Of a DNA stretch of 64,000 nucleotides, positions 62,282-64,000 are shown piece after piece. The DNA is from an uncultured delta proteobacterium. Its GTDB lineage: Bacteria; Myxococcota; B64-G9. Positions within the stretch are counted from its first letter, which is position 1; the number at the start of each line of letters is the position of its first letter. Made by a program: the position numbers and the translations under genes. The notes beneath the pieces were generated by a model. It searched no databases. It had not been told where the DNA came from and worked only from the letters and a program-made list of their open reading frames with translations. The stretch is taken from positions 1,312,001 through 1,376,000 of the forward strand of contig CAVWHX010000004.1 in the NCBI GenBank assembly GCA_963754925.1, written 5' to 3'.

Positions 62282-63451
62282 ATGGATTGTAGCCAGGCCG
62301 ACATATGGTTAGTTGATTATCTTTATGGAGAGCTTCCTGAGCAGGAACGCCAAGCTTTTGAGCTCCATCTACAGTCCTGCTCGGCGCATGCCAAAGAAGT
62401 TGAGCGGATGCGGGCGGTGCTTACGTTGATGCGAAAAGATTCCCGTGAGGATCCGTCCGATAGGGTTAGCAAAGAGATAGTACGAGCGGCAGAGGCTTCA
62501 CTTCATCGAACCTCTCGGCCGTGGGGTTGGCTCGGTTGGATCAGGACTCCGCTCGCAGCCGCCGCGGCGCTTCTGGTGGTCATTGGGATCGGGGCGGTGG
62601 TCTACTTTAATGAGGGGTTTGAAAAGCGCTCTTCGGAAAGCACTTCAAAGGTTGGCACAATGGAACTGAGCTCCCCACAATCTTTGGCCGGGAGCGATGC
62701 TAAGGCGCCCGTTGTTGCCGCTACCGGCGCCCCAGTCTCAAAGGATGAGCGTACGATGGTGTCGGAAGAAATGAGATCGGTCACGAATAAAACGCCTTCT
62801 CCCCAGAAAATGACAGAGGACATGAAAGGCGCCGGCCAGAAGGAAAGAAGACTCGCTCGTGAGCCAATAGCTCAAAAGCAAACCTATCGTAATGAAGGGA
62901 TCTCGCAGGATGTTGGCGTTGTAAAACCGTCCGAGCGCGCGTTCGCCCCTCGACCGGAGGAGTATCATGACCAGTATGCCGGTTCGGCAGGCGTCGCAGT
63001 CGCCGAAAAATCTGCGGTCCAGTCACTGAAACAAGAAACCGCCCTGCCAGCTACCGCGGCAGCAGCCCCGCGAGCTTTACACAAGAAAGGTTTGACGGAG
63101 GAAGCACAGGCTCCCCGGAGCGCACCCGCCGAGGCCGTGGCCGACAAACCTTTGGGTGTCGTGTCCGATGAGGAGCTACCCTCCTTAAGCAATTCAGAGG
63201 TGAACGCGATCATGCGTGCGCATCAAGATGAGTTATCAGCGTGTGGTCGGAACTACTCTTCGGTTAAAGGCACCGCGGTGTTCAGCCTTGTCATCGCTAC
63301 CGATGGCGTCGTGTCCAGTGTTTCCACCCTTACCGAGCCATTCAAGGGTAGCGCCTATGCAGAATGCATCAGCTCGCACATAAAAAAGATTCGTTTCCGT
63401 CAATTTGGCGGTGAGCTAAAGACCGTTCCCGTTTCCTTTATCGTCAAGTGA
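62282..63451 (+). CDS. zinc-finger anti-sigma factor with TM helix and C-terminal TonB/AgmX-like domain
   Basis: MDC......LVDYLYGEL.......FE.HL..C motif, one TM, low-complexity linker, LSAC...CI...I....F tail; start 62261 or 62282. Confidence 0.78.
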   Translation: MDCSQADIWLVDYLYGELPEQERQAFELHLQSCSAHAKEVERMRAVLTLMRKDSREDPSDRVSKEIVRAAEASLHRTSRPWGWLGWIRTPLAAAAALLVVIGIGAVVYFNEGFEKRSSESTSKVGTMELSSPQSLAGSDAKAPVVAATGAPVSKDERTMVSEEMRSVTNKTPSPQKMTEDMKGAGQKERRLAREPIAQKQTYRNEGISQDVGVVKPSERAFAPRPEEYHDQYAGSAGVAVAEKSAVQSLKQETALPATAAAAPRALHKKGLTEEAQAPRSAPAEAVADKPLGVVSDEELPSLSNSEVNAIMRAHQDELSACGRNYSSVKGTAVFSLVIATDGVVSSVSTLTEPFKGSAYAECISSHIKKIRFRQFGGELKTVPVSFIVK

Positions 63452-63596
63452 CCTAAGCCCACCAAGGAGCCGCATCCATACGGCCCGGCGCCTGCCTATA
63501 ACCGAACGGTTACGACGGAGCTTGTTTTTTTCTGCACGTTGAGTACACTGCGAGCAGTTTATCCATACCCCGGCGATGCGAGGTGGCAGAGGATAT

Positions 63597-64000
63597 ATGT
63601 ACCAGTACCAGGAACGCACCTACCAACAATCCATACAGGCCGAGGGACTTGTCCGCAGTCAGGTGTGGGTGGATGAAAGCGACCTATGCATTTTGGCCGG
63701 CGCCGACGTTACCGGCCTGGCAGAGGATTTGTTGCGGGACGTGCGCGCCGATCTTCTTTCGTACCTGCAGCGTGACGAACGCTTCCGTCTCACCCTGGAT
63801 CCCTACGAGCCGTTCTTCGATGCGCCCTTGGTGGTGGTGCGTATGGCCGCCGCCGCGCGGCGATTCGAGGTCGGCCCTATGGCGGCGGTGGCTGGGGCGG
63901 TTGCCGATTGCGTGGGCGAGCAGCTATCGCAACATTACCCCGACGTGGTCGTCGAAAATGGCGGCGATATCTACCTGCGCTGCGAGCGTCCGGTATTGGT
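63597..64000 (+). CDS. UPF0280 / ApbE-superfamily protein (runs off window)
   Basis: Own translation from ATG 63597: YQERTY, ESDL, VGPMAAVAGAVA, VENGGDIYL. Confidence 0.85.
   Translation, partial: MYQYQERTYQQSIQAEGLVRSQVWVDESDLCILAGADVTGLAEDLLRDVRADLLSYLQRDERFRLTLDPYEPFFDAPLVVVRMAAAARRFEVGPMAAVAGAVADCVGEQLSQHYPDVVVENGGDIYLRCERPVL

Overview
Bacterial window that reads as deltaproteobacterial (Myxococcota/Desulfobacterota-like; this is an inference from gene content). At least nine genes are split by single-base indels in short homopolymer contexts, most likely sequencing errors. Left part (1-24.6 kb): HpaB/AbfD-family gene end, truncated hydrolase, two PAS sensor proteins, a membrane-anchored sigma54 activator with a downstream -24/-12 promoter, an Mvh-type NiFe hydrogenase operon, rpsU-dnaG-rpoD-tRNA(CAT), zinc-ribbon protein, RNase HI and a nucleoside salvage operon. 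Middle (24.6-59 kb), accessory-looking: an orphan T6SS tip/adaptor module coupled to a diguanylate cyclase, a 2-hydroxyacyl-CoA dehydratase set, a lipid/acyl-CoA catabolic cluster with two SCP2 proteins and three tandem exported START proteins, two lipoproteins, a cluster-less MutY-like glycosylase, and four tandem mosaic paralogs (one broken by an IS3). Right end: an IS481-like element with a 16-bp direct repeat, an MBL-fold protein, an ECF sigma/anti-sigma pair and a UPF0280 gene start. A covarying intergenic hairpin repeat occurs five times. No CRISPR array or rRNA was seen. All family assignments are by motif recognition, not by database search.
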